Part shown: positions 18,415-26,735 of the stretch, piece after piece
Layout: every line of letters starts with the position of its first letter
Numbering within the stretch: position 1 is the stretch's first letter
Sequence record: PP488543.1
DNA length: 64,000 nt
Source of the DNA: Escherichia phage BP9
Strand: one strand, 5' to 3'
Notes under the pieces: model-generated
Told to the model about the DNA's origin: nothing
The model's input: the letters and a program-made list of their open reading frames with translations, nothing else
Databases searched by the model: none
Program-made: the position numbers and the translations under genes

Positions 18415-19550
18415 ATTGCTCCAACATTTCTAAGAACGTTAACAAGTTTTGTTTGATCATTGAATGTCCGCTTCATATACAAACAGTCAAAAATTATACT
18501 CATCCATTGACCTACGGAAATTCTACGATCAATACCATTGAAGTCAGTATACTTAACAACACCTTTCGGGAACCACTTCTTGTACTGATCAATAATAGCC
18601 ACCCACATCTCCTTTGGAGTGCTGCACTGAGACAGTAGGTAGAATGCTGAGGCATCTCCGAACTTACCCTTACCGATAAGTCCTTGATACGGCTTAATGT
18701 TGTCAGCAGAGTCACCACACAGCATTTGGTATCCGAAGAACAGCATTCCGTAACCACCAACCTCTCCATTAGGCTTCATGAAGATGTTCCCCATACCGTT
18801 ATCGATCAGCATAGGGGTTTCCCTTACAAAATCACCCTTATCGTTTCGCATGGGATCGAACACAAGCCCAGGTAGTGTTCTTTGGTCCTTATCAATAGAG
18901 ATAATAAACTTGTTGAACTTACCTGTTTTTTGGTAGTGGTTCCAACCTTCAAATTGCTGAATAGCTAACCAGTCGTCAGCCTCGATACCGTTGATCACTT
19001 GAGCATTATACTGCTTTTGGAGATACTGTCTTGCATCTCCAAGCAGCAGTGGTCGAAGAGTATTGTTACGGTTGGCTTTATATCTTTCCGGCATGGGAAG
19101 ATCTAGTCTGAAATTACCTGTGCCTCCAAGTACCCCCACGCACCGATCTTCCGGAATACCGAGATAATTAAGGACTGCATTAGCTTTACACTTAATTGTG
19201 TGCAAGCAGTTCTCTACAGGATCAGGGGTTTGGATATCCAAGACATCGAAATCTTCTCGTGTCCACGGAATAAACTCCTTGCCAGCCTTTTTACATGCAG
19301 CTTCACGGTTGGTATTCTCAGCTTTTAACCAACCACCAACGGTGTTCTTCTGCCGCCCCCAGAACTCTGTTCGTGTTTTAAACATCTTCTTACGTCCGGA
19401 GGCTTTGTGTGTTACCTCAATTGTCCTTTTTTCACAACTTGCTGCAGCTTGATATGCAACCTGATCGAAGTCATAATAAACTATAGCGTCAGGTTCAAGA
19501 AGATCAGCCAGACAATCTATGGACTCAATAAGTGGATATTCTCTACTCAA
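18411..19550 (-). CDS. 5'-3' exonuclease / flap endonuclease (RNase H-like)
   Basis: GIEADDWLA and H3TH-like LCGDSADNIKPYQGLIGKG motifs of FEN family. Confidence 0.75.
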   Translation of the reverse strand: MSREYPLIESIDCLADLLEPDAIVYYDFDQVAYQAAASCEKRTIEVTHKASGRKKMFKTRTEFWGRQKNTVGGWLKAENTNREAACKKAGKEFIPWTREDFDVLDIQTPDPVENCLHTIKCKANAVLNYLGIPEDRCVGVLGGTGNFRLDLPMPERYKANRNNTLRPLLLGDARQYLQKQYNAQVINGIEADDWLAIQQFEGWNHYQKTGKFNKFIISIDKDQRTLPGLVFDPMRNDKGDFVRETPMLIDNGMGNIFMKPNGEVGGYGMLFFGYQMLCGDSADNIKPYQGLIGKGKFGDASAFYLLSQCSTPKEMWVAIIDQYKKWFPKGVVKYTDFNGIDRRISVGQWMSIIFDCLYMKRTFNDQTKLVNVLRNVGAI

Positions 19551-19851
19551 AGACCCTCCTGTTAGTTATTCTGCAAGATGGTTGGATGCTGTAATGGAAT
19601 GCATCATCACTCTCTGCAATAAGTGACTCAACATCCCAATACTTTTCAAAAAGGAACGGATTAGACCCCCAGTGGTGGGTTATTTTCATCAAGGAGTCTG
19701 GTATCATATAACCACAGATCTTAATTACATCGCCAGGTTGAATTGTGTTTTCATGAAGGTTGCTTGCCTTCTTCAGAATCATACCCTTGTGATTCTCGTT
19801 TGCATACAACTGGACGATATCTTTATCTTCAACAATAAAAATTTTAAGCAT
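19543..19851 (-). CDS. hypothetical protein (102 aa)
   Basis: Track ORF. Confidence 0.45.
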   Translation of the reverse strand: MLKIFIVEDKDIVQLYANENHKGMILKKASNLHENTIQPGDVIKICGYMIPDSLMKITHHWGSNPFLFEKYWDVESLIAESDDAFHYSIQPSCRITNRRVFE

Positions 19852-19903
19852 ACCTAGTTCTCCTAGTTAATAAATAGTTAACTGATAATATCAGATCAGA
19901 GAC

Positions 19904-20203
19904 TCATTTGTCAAGACTTTTAGTCTTTCTTGGAGAGCTTTTTGTTGATCTTTTTCTTTTGTGGTAAATTCCAAGTGCAGCATTTTCTTGGGCACACGTT
20001 TTAACGGTTTTTAGATCAGAGCTTTCAGCTTTAGGTAGGTTAAGCTCCCACCAACCCAACCAGTAAAGCTCTGATTCCGACAGCTGCTCAGATTCAGACT
20101 TCCGATACAAGGCTTGCATACCTCTGATGATATCGTCCAAAGGTGTATCGAATACAAAAGCTGTCTTATCAAATTTCTCTTTTACAGGTTTCTTAGCCAT
20201 CAA
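19904..20203 (-). CDS. hypothetical protein (99 aa)
   Basis: Track ORF. Confidence 0.45.
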   Translation of the reverse strand: MMAKKPVKEKFDKTAFVFDTPLDDIIRGMQALYRKSESEQLSESELYWLGWWELNLPKAESSDLKTVKTCAQENAALGIYHKRKRSTKSSPRKTKSLDK

Positions 20204-20657
20204 GGTAACCCTCTATCCACGAAAAGTCAGTTTTCCATTCTGGAACTTTACTAAGCTCACGCCACTCTGCAAAGCAGTCTCGGTAATACGCCTCTGCCAT
20301 ACCCTTGGTGATCTTATTCACCTTAGCCAACTGATTAACTGCCTGAGCATACTTTCCACGGATATTTGCTAACCCAGGATGCACCGATGTGTGACAATCT
20401 GGGCACAACGCTATCAGTCCGACAAGCCGGATCACTCCTTCTTCGAAAGTGTAAAGTTCATGACACTCCACTGGATGTTTGCTGCCTTTACCTCCGCACA
20501 CCTCGCAAGTGTAGTTGGCTTCTCTGTAGCACTTCTTACGGATCTTATCCCACTCACTCTTCTTCACAGCGTTTCGGAGGTTATTATACCAAGCTGTTTC
20601 TGGGATCAGTTGCACAATAAGCCTGCGTTCAGACTTCATTAAACGTCCGTCTTCCAC
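20193..20657 (-). CDS. HNH-type endonuclease-like zinc-finger protein
   Basis: CEVCGG..ECHEL...ALCPDCHTSVH pattern (CxxC, His, CxxCH) typical of HNH nucleases. Confidence 0.5.
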   Translation of the reverse strand: MEDGRLMKSERRLIVQLIPETAWYNNLRNAVKKSEWDKIRKKCYREANYTCEVCGGKGSKHPVECHELYTFEEGVIRLVGLIALCPDCHTSVHPGLANIRGKYAQAVNQLAKVNKITKGMAEAYYRDCFAEWRELSKVPEWKTDFSWIEGYLDG

Positions 20658-20666
20658 GTATTCTCC

Positions 20667-20873
20667 TCATTCAAAGAAATGGGTGCGAGGACAAGATCCA
20701 GCCTCGCCTTGTTTCACAAGCTCGTAGAGCTCACCTTGACTTGTCTCATAAAGGCAAATACGTTTACCATTGTCCCGATATACATCGACAAGATACGCTG
20801 TTTCACCTGCAAACACGACACCACAGGCCAGACATGCTGCCATGAACAAAATTGCCAACAGAAAATCTTTCAT
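20667..20873 (-). CDS. small membrane or lipoprotein, possibly lysis-associated
   Basis: 68 aa, N-terminal hydrophobic segment LLAILFMAACLACGVVFAG; directly downstream of endolysin. Confidence 0.5.
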   Translation of the reverse strand: MKDFLLAILFMAACLACGVVFAGETAYLVDVYRDNGKRICLYETSQGELYELVKQGEAGSCPRTHFFE

Positions 20874-20904
20874 GGTTAAGACCTCCTAAACATTTTATGA
20901 GGTA

Positions 20905-20933
20905 ACAATACCACGTCCGTGTGGTTATGTCAA
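20905..20933 (-). promoter_or_regulatory. sigma70-like promoter candidate for small membrane-protein gene
   Basis: Minus strand TTGACA-N17-TATTGT about 30 nt upstream of ATG at 20873. Confidence 0.4.
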
Positions 20934-20936
20934 TGA

Positions 20937-21407
20937 TCAATCAAGGACAACACCGCCTGCTTTTTTAAACACCTCGATCAACTTCTCGATCTTCTGTTCA
21001 TGCTGACCATATCCAGCACCAGGTAACGAAGCCCAGCGGGAACGGCATTTATGGATAGCCTGGTGAATACGACCTTCATCAATATCATCGAGCGCCTTAC
21101 ACTCACGGATCAGTTGCAACGCAATCTTGTCCTGGCTGGCAGGTCCAAAATCTGGTAATCCTAGCTGTTTCATATAGTGTTTAGCAAACTTCTCCAAAAT
21201 CTGGTAACGCCCAGCAGCAGAAGAGGTAAGTTTAGCATTTAGCTTAACGTAAACACCTGGATGCTTGCTGTAATCGCTGAACAGATTGCCACCGACTATG
21301 ACATCGTATCCACGATCCTTGGTAGGTTGTCTACCATTATCTGTGCCTTCTGAATATGCGATCATATCCAAGAAAGCTTTTCGTTGAACATTTTTATCAA
21401 GTTTCAT
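20937..21407 (-). CDS. endolysin, phage lambda R-like lytic transglycosylase
   Basis: Recalled alignment to lambda R along whole length: QRKAFLDM..SEGTDNGRQ..GYDVIVGG..AGRYQ..ASLPGAGYGQ. Confidence 0.9.
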   Translation of the reverse strand: MKLDKNVQRKAFLDMIAYSEGTDNGRQPTKDRGYDVIVGGNLFSDYSKHPGVYVKLNAKLTSSAAGRYQILEKFAKHYMKQLGLPDFGPASQDKIALQLIRECKALDDIDEGRIHQAIHKCRSRWASLPGAGYGQHEQKIEKLIEVFKKAGGVVLD

Positions 21408-21530
21408 TTTTCATACTCTCCAGTTTACTCATAACTAACCCGATCAACAACACTACACAGTGTGGTTATGTAGGTGCCGATTGAAAACCATCATTCAATT
21501 GGCTACCGTTACCTACTGAACCTTCCTACA

Positions 21531-22814
21531 TCATTCAAGCACCTCCCAAGTATCTGGGTTAACATTTCGGACGCAGATACCGACAGGGAATTGGTAGTTG
21601 TTGTCTTCTGTCCTTGCTTGGTATTTGAAGGTGACAAACTTGCCGATCATTTCCTGCATCCTGTCATAGCTACGCTCCTCGTGCGTGCCTTTCATCTTCA
21701 TTTTAACAACAATACCTTCCTTGTCAACGCAGATAAGAACACCTTCATCATTCTTATCTTTCTCAACGTCAATAACTTTCACCTCTGCGTCGTTGAACTT
21801 TTTCCATTTCAATGCTTCAGATGTTCGCTGACCGTACTCGTATTTACCGCAGAAATTACGCATGATAGTACCTTCATATCCTTCGGACATGAATATACCA
21901 ACAGATTCTTCGCAATGATCAACTGTGTACGCAAGCTCTGCGTCAACAACCTTGATATGGTCAAGCATCAGAGTGGTAACGGTATCCTCTGCATCCATAA
22001 GATCCTTGCAGCGTCCAGACTCTGTTTCTGGATCCCACCACACCTTGTCGCTAGGAATATCAAAAATGTGATACTCCAGATCGTAGCTACAGTACCCACC
22101 GTAACGCAAATCATCACGAACAGGCTCAACATCGACAGGAATATCTATCTTGTTGAAGTTTTTGTATGTTGATAAGCCTGCCTTAATTGCTGCATGACGG
22201 CGTTTTTTATCTGCCTCATAGTCTTTATCGATCTCGGCCTGAATCTCTTCCTGTGTGCGCCACCGTTTTGCAAGAGACACTATTTTCTGCAAAGGAAGAC
22301 CATGAATGTATAGTTCCCCATCAAGTTGTTTAATCCCAGTGGTGGAATGGAAAGAACGAAGTTGCTCTAAAAGCTTTCCTTGAATAGGGTAGGACTTATT
22401 ACCACGGGAAATAAATTTAGGCTCACCATTTTGGAAAACAACAAGCAGACGAAGGCCATCTAACTTACGCAAGATCCAGCAAGGTAATTTAAGTGCCTTG
22501 CCACGCTTCAGGTAGTCATGCACCAGCATTGGTAAAAGGTCAACACCCTGCTCGCAATCTTCCATGTTTTCAACATACCCCAGACGGACTTGTTTTTCCC
22601 ACTTACTGATCGCTTCCAGCTCGGCCTGTTGCTCAGCTGTAGTTTCATTGGCACGACCCACGTTCTTAGGTGTGCAGATCGTCTCTTTGTATTGCAGTTT
22701 ACCATCAAGCTTACCAAACTCTACGATAACCTTATCACCATCCGTGAATACTTTCCACTGTTGGTAGCTGCCATCTTTATTCAGTGCGTACAGTGTTGTT
22801 TTGATCTGATGCAT
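21531..22814 (-). CDS. ATP-dependent DNA ligase
   Basis: Nucleotidyltransferase motif I RKLDGLR (KxDG), motif IV EGTIMR, motif V KWKKF; 427 aa. Confidence 0.65.
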   Translation of the reverse strand: MHQIKTTLYALNKDGSYQQWKVFTDGDKVIVEFGKLDGKLQYKETICTPKNVGRANETTAEQQAELEAISKWEKQVRLGYVENMEDCEQGVDLLPMLVHDYLKRGKALKLPCWILRKLDGLRLLVVFQNGEPKFISRGNKSYPIQGKLLEQLRSFHSTTGIKQLDGELYIHGLPLQKIVSLAKRWRTQEEIQAEIDKDYEADKKRRHAAIKAGLSTYKNFNKIDIPVDVEPVRDDLRYGGYCSYDLEYHIFDIPSDKVWWDPETESGRCKDLMDAEDTVTTLMLDHIKVVDAELAYTVDHCEESVGIFMSEGYEGTIMRNFCGKYEYGQRTSEALKWKKFNDAEVKVIDVEKDKNDEGVLICVDKEGIVVKMKMKGTHEERSYDRMQEMIGKFVTFKYQARTEDNNYQFPVGICVRNVNPDTWEVLE

Positions 22815-23083
22815 TACTCGGCCTCTTCCTTAAAAATTTTAAACATCTCTTCTTTACTCATTACCAACCAGTCTCCCATAAAGTCAACTAGCCAATCTCC
22901 CTGGTACAAGACAAGGTTACCAAACGGCTCTACAAGCTCACACATGCGACGAAGATCTCTGGTCCGAACAGGTGACGATGTAAACACACCTGTATCAATC
23001 CACCGTTGCAGATCAGATACTGATGAAGAGCTTCCGTCAAACTGGTGGGCTTCTACAGGTTTAGCAAGATTAAATAACGGCAT
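22814..23083 (-). CDS. hypothetical protein (89 aa)
   Basis: Track ORF. Confidence 0.45.
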   Translation of the reverse strand: MPLFNLAKPVEAHQFDGSSSSVSDLQRWIDTGVFTSSPVRTRDLRRMCELVEPFGNLVLYQGDWLVDFMGDWLVMSKEEMFKIFKEEAE

Positions 23084-23378
23084 TGCAGTCCTCCTTCTGT
23101 AGTAGGTCTTTTATAGGATAAACAAGTAAGTGTGGATCGGAATAACGTATAGTCCTATTCTGCCACACTATGAACTTTATTACAACCAAATTTACAATAT
23201 CTTTATCACCATGCAGCCCAACACACACATTTGTCCATATTTTGTGGTTGAAGATCTTGCTATCGATGTAGATTTTAGTGTCAAACTTATCTTCCATTCT
23301 ACCTATAAGTTTGATCAGCTCCTTCATCTGGTCGCCAAACACAGCATCTTTTTCAAGATCTCTGGAATGCTTGTACAT
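23070..23378 (-). CDS. hypothetical protein (102 aa)
   Basis: Track ORF. Confidence 0.45.
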   Translation of the reverse strand: MYKHSRDLEKDAVFGDQMKELIKLIGRMEDKFDTKIYIDSKIFNHKIWTNVCVGLHGDKDIVNLVVIKFIVWQNRTIRYSDPHLLVYPIKDLLQKEDCNAVI

Positions 23379-23440
23379 AACTAACTACCTCACTGCATAC
23401 TTTCCATAATAAGTAAAGCCGGGTAATCCCGGCTATGTTG

Positions 23441-24154
23441 TTAAATATACTCTGTTACATCCTTGAAGCTCGAAGGCTTCATGATCTTACCTTTGCTGTC
23501 AAGGAATATAATAACTTTATTGCCGTTGTAGAACTCCTCTTTAGCAACGAAACCTTCGTAGCGACCACCAAAACGACGCTCAAGATCTTTAATCTCCAAC
23601 TCGATGAGTTGTTCAGCAGGCATATCTGCACTGGCACCGTGTGAATACCGTAGATGGTTGATCCGTGCAAACTTACTGTCATTAGATTTGAGAACCTTCC
23701 GCATCATCCCACACACATCGCCGCGAAGCTGGAACAGCAAAGCTGTTGACAACTCCGCTAAGCGGTAAGCTGACGCTCTTTGCTTGGATGTGTTTTTCGC
23801 AGCGATCAGTGTATCATAGAACTCACCGATCTTGAACTTAAGACCTCGTGGATTATCAAACAGGTTTGACCACTTTTCGTGATTGTCATTAACAAGATAA
23901 GCTGCATAACTTGTGACAACGTGAAGATCGCAGGCCTCTTTTAGCAGGTGATCTCCACCATCACCTTTCTCCAGCTCTTCCAAAACCTCATTGAACTCTT
24001 CCTCAATGAAGCTAAGCTGTAATTCGAATGGTGTGTATGATTTTTTCACTTTAGCTGCCACACGGTTCCAGTTTTCCACCCAGTTGGCAGACCAAAGGTA
24101 GTTTTCAGGCTGGGACAGTTTTTCAAGGTTGTCGATTAATTTGGTGTTCAGCAT
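23441..24154 (-). CDS. hypothetical protein, weak MazG-like nucleotide pyrophosphohydrolase resemblance
   Basis: Glu-rich helix FIEEEFNEVLEELEKGD; resemblance is weak. Confidence 0.4.
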   Translation of the reverse strand: MLNTKLIDNLEKLSQPENYLWSANWVENWNRVAAKVKKSYTPFELQLSFIEEEFNEVLEELEKGDGGDHLLKEACDLHVVTSYAAYLVNDNHEKWSNLFDNPRGLKFKIGEFYDTLIAAKNTSKQRASAYRLAELSTALLFQLRGDVCGMMRKVLKSNDSKFARINHLRYSHGASADMPAEQLIELEIKDLERRFGGRYEGFVAKEEFYNGNKVIIFLDSKGKIMKPSSFKDVTEYI

Positions 24155-24167
24155 TAAAGGTCTCCTT

Positions 24168-24929
24168 TTAAAGTTCCATAAAGTTTTCTACAGTTTCAAT
24201 AAATGCTTTATCAGAGAAAGCGTCAACAGCACCGTTAAACCATACAGGGATCCCGCGATCCTCATATTGATAAAGGTCGCTACGTGAAATGCCACTTCCA
24301 TCTGCACTCTGCGAATCATACTTGTTTACAATCAGCAGCTTTGTGCCTTTACAAGTAGCAGGAAACAATTCCCAGTTAAAATTAATAACTGTGTTAGAAC
24401 AACCTACCAGGATCACCATATCATTGCTTGTGAGAGATGTCAACAGGTCATACATGTCTGTATACTTAGGAGCAACCTCACCGAAGAACACTACATTGGG
24501 CTTAACCCAGGTATACTTGCCTGTATCTACCTCCGTGTATCCGATATTTTTAATTACATCATTACCTTCATCATCTTCGTAGGTGATTTCAGGCAAATAC
24601 CCGTGGACATGTAAAATATCTTCATGTTTTACACCAGCACGCTCCAGCAAATCATCTACATTGGTGGTAAGGTTGATCACACGACCAGACCAGCGGGAAT
24701 ACCACTCAGCGATCCGAAGATGTGCAAGGTTAGGATCAACACTGCCCAGAGCTACACGACGTGCATTGTAAAAATCATGCACCTTATAGTAGTTCTTGGC
24801 AAAGGTGTGGATGTTGCACACCTCATCGATGCTGAAATTCTCCCACATTGCAGTGCTACCAGATCGGAAAGTGGGAATACCAGATTCAGCGCTCAAACCC
24901 GCACCGGATATAATAATCAGTCGTCGCAT
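24168..24929 (-). CDS. Sir2 (sirtuin)-family NAD-dependent enzyme
   Basis: Rossmann NAD motif ISGAGLSAESGIPTFRSG, TTNVDDLLERAG and catalytic HVHG; no Cys4 zinc module seen. Confidence 0.75.
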   Translation of the reverse strand: MRRLIIISGAGLSAESGIPTFRSGSTAMWENFSIDEVCNIHTFAKNYYKVHDFYNARRVALGSVDPNLAHLRIAEWYSRWSGRVINLTTNVDDLLERAGVKHEDILHVHGYLPEITYEDDEGNDVIKNIGYTEVDTGKYTWVKPNVVFFGEVAPKYTDMYDLLTSLTSNDMVILVGCSNTVINFNWELFPATCKGTKLLIVNKYDSQSADGSGISRSDLYQYEDRGIPVWFNGAVDAFSDKAFIETVENFMEL

Positions 24930-24937
24930 AAGTGCCC

Positions 24938-25288
24938 TCAGTAGATGTTTTGTTTAATCTCTATTCCAAACTTTTTAAACGAGTCAGCTGCAAGCATGAA
25001 TTTACGAGCCGCTGATGGATTAGAAGTATGCACGAAAATCTTCACGTTGTCAACTACAGGAGGCTTACCAAATACAAATTTTTCCTCCAACATAGATAGG
25101 CAATCGTACCCTTCGAATACCTCTCCAAGGTCGTTGTCCATATGCCACTCAGAAACGCGTCTGTAGAGCTTTTTATTATCGTTAATAAAATCCATAAACT
25201 CGGAGGAATTCTTTAGCCAAATAGCGTCTGGGAGCCCATAATTTGAAGGATCTCTCAGATCATCCAGCCACACAATCAACTTCTTCAT
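24938..25288 (-). CDS. hypothetical protein (116 aa) in RNA-repair cluster
   Basis: Track ORF; 4-nt overlap with RNA ligase gene implies co-translation. Confidence 0.5.
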   Translation of the reverse strand: MKKLIVWLDDLRDPSNYGLPDAIWLKNSSEFMDFINDNKKLYRRVSEWHMDNDLGEVFEGYDCLSMLEEKFVFGKPPVVDNVKIFVHTSNPSAARKFMLAADSFKKFGIEIKQNIY

Positions 25289-26220
25289 TGCATATAGTCC
25301 TCGTTGTGGAAATAGTGGTCAAGTATCTCACGGCGTTCCTGCTCCAGGAGGCAGTTCCACACATCTTCTGTGTAATTGCTACGAATGAAGTTTACCATGC
25401 CGTAAAACTCTTCATCAACACGTTTAAAGATATCATCATCCCAAATCTTCCAAGCTTTACCCCTCATTACGGCCTTCCGTGCCAGATAGTATGGAGACTT
25501 GATCTTCAGCTGCAGGTCGTAAGGGTAGTAAGGCTTACGGATCATATACCCTTCACCTCTTGTTTCTGCAGCTAATTCTTTTGCATAGCTGAACGGAATT
25601 TCACGCACAGTGTGAGGACGTTTTGCACCAAGGTATTTGGCAATCCCATCTAAAGCTGCTTCTGGTAGCATTATTCCAGAATCATTATATCTGCAACCTA
25701 TCAAATATGCGCCATGATCTTCTTGAACAATATGCGGATCTGAAGGGTGACAAATTTCAAACATGAATGTCATGTTTTCATTGCCCATAACCTTCTTGAT
25801 AAGATCTAAATTACCACATTGCTCCTGGATGGTTTCCTTTGCGAGGTTACAATATGGAGAATCAAGAGATCCGGTTGTTGAGAACAATAGTTCACCTTTA
25901 TGAGATGATACCACACCGAGGAATCCGTTCTTTTTCTCTACCGCAGTCACAAGTTTACTGTCCGGTAGGTTGGTGGAGTTTTCTCCCAAGTTAAACACTT
26001 TTGTGAAGGGCCATGCCACAACATTTCCTTCATTCCCGACAACAATGCCTCGGCACTCCAGTAAACGAGGGGACAAATGCCATAAATTGTTGTAAAATAC
26101 TTTTCTAGCATATTTATAGATCTTTAACCCGAGATCTGGGTAATATCTGCTGGTTACAAGACCTTTGTCAACTAGGTCGTCTGCATTAAAATACTTCATC
26201 ATACGTTCCTCATTTGTCAT
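25285..26220 (-). CDS. probable RNA ligase (nucleotidyltransferase superfamily, Rnl-like)
   Basis: Motif I EKKNG (KxNG), motif IV EGYMIR, motif V KIKSPYY; 311 aa; adjacent to kinase and phosphatase genes. Confidence 0.6.
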   Translation of the reverse strand: MTNEERMMKYFNADDLVDKGLVTSRYYPDLGLKIYKYARKVFYNNLWHLSPRLLECRGIVVGNEGNVVAWPFTKVFNLGENSTNLPDSKLVTAVEKKNGFLGVVSSHKGELLFSTTGSLDSPYCNLAKETIQEQCGNLDLIKKVMGNENMTFMFEICHPSDPHIVQEDHGAYLIGCRYNDSGIMLPEAALDGIAKYLGAKRPHTVREIPFSYAKELAAETRGEGYMIRKPYYPYDLQLKIKSPYYLARKAVMRGKAWKIWDDDIFKRVDEEFYGMVNFIRSNYTEDVWNCLLEQERREILDHYFHNEDYMQ

Positions 26221-26263
26221 TTTGTCAGTCTATCCTGCCACACAAATAACCTAGTGTCAACAC

Positions 26264-26292
26264 TTGAAATTAACAAAACAGTTAGGTATACT
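26264..26292 (+). promoter_or_regulatory. sigma70-like promoter for kinase/phosphoesterase operon
   Basis: TTGAAA (26264-26269) N17 TATACT (26287-26292), about 29 nt upstream of ATG 26321. Confidence 0.5.
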
Positions 26293-26320
26293 ATCGTTGA
26301 AATTAAAACGGAGGGTCACT

Positions 26321-26728
26321 ATGTCTAAAATGCTATATATCGTGCGTGGTCTACCAGGGTCTGGCAAATCAACACTGGCAAATGCGCTATCTTTAGAGGG
26401 TCTGTATCCACATTTTGAGAACGACATGTTCTGGTACGACGATGATGGAAATTACAACTGGGATGCAAGTAAAGTCACACTTGCAGCAAAATGGTGCAAA
26501 GATAACGTAGAAGATATGATGCGTATGGGATACGACCGTATCGTGGTAAGTAATACGTTTACAAAAGAAAAATATGTGCAAAAATATATTGACATGGCAA
26601 TCAGTTATGGGTATAGTTATACCGTAATCGTGGTTGAAAACCGCCACGGTAATAAAAGCATTCATGCTTCAGACGAGGTTGTGGATCGTATGGAACGCCA
26701 ACTTAAAAACTGCATTAAACTTAAATGA
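26321..26728 (+). CDS. polynucleotide kinase-like P-loop kinase
   Basis: P-loop GLPGSGKST right after start MSKMLYIV; GGAGGG SD 5 nt upstream; track ORF begins at TTG 26264 but ATG 26321 preferred. Confidence 0.65.
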   Translation: MSKMLYIVRGLPGSGKSTLANALSLEGLYPHFENDMFWYDDDGNYNWDASKVTLAAKWCKDNVEDMMRMGYDRIVVSNTFTKEKYVQKYIDMAISYGYSYTVIVVENRHGNKSIHASDEVVDRMERQLKNCIKLK

Positions 26729-26735
26729 GGAATGT

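Noticed and set aside
26264-26320. TTG start for the kinase gene as given by the ORF track
   Set aside because: The N-terminal extension overlaps the promoter elements and lacks an SD, whereas ATG 26321 is preceded by GGAGGG at ideal spacing and places the P-loop at the N-terminus
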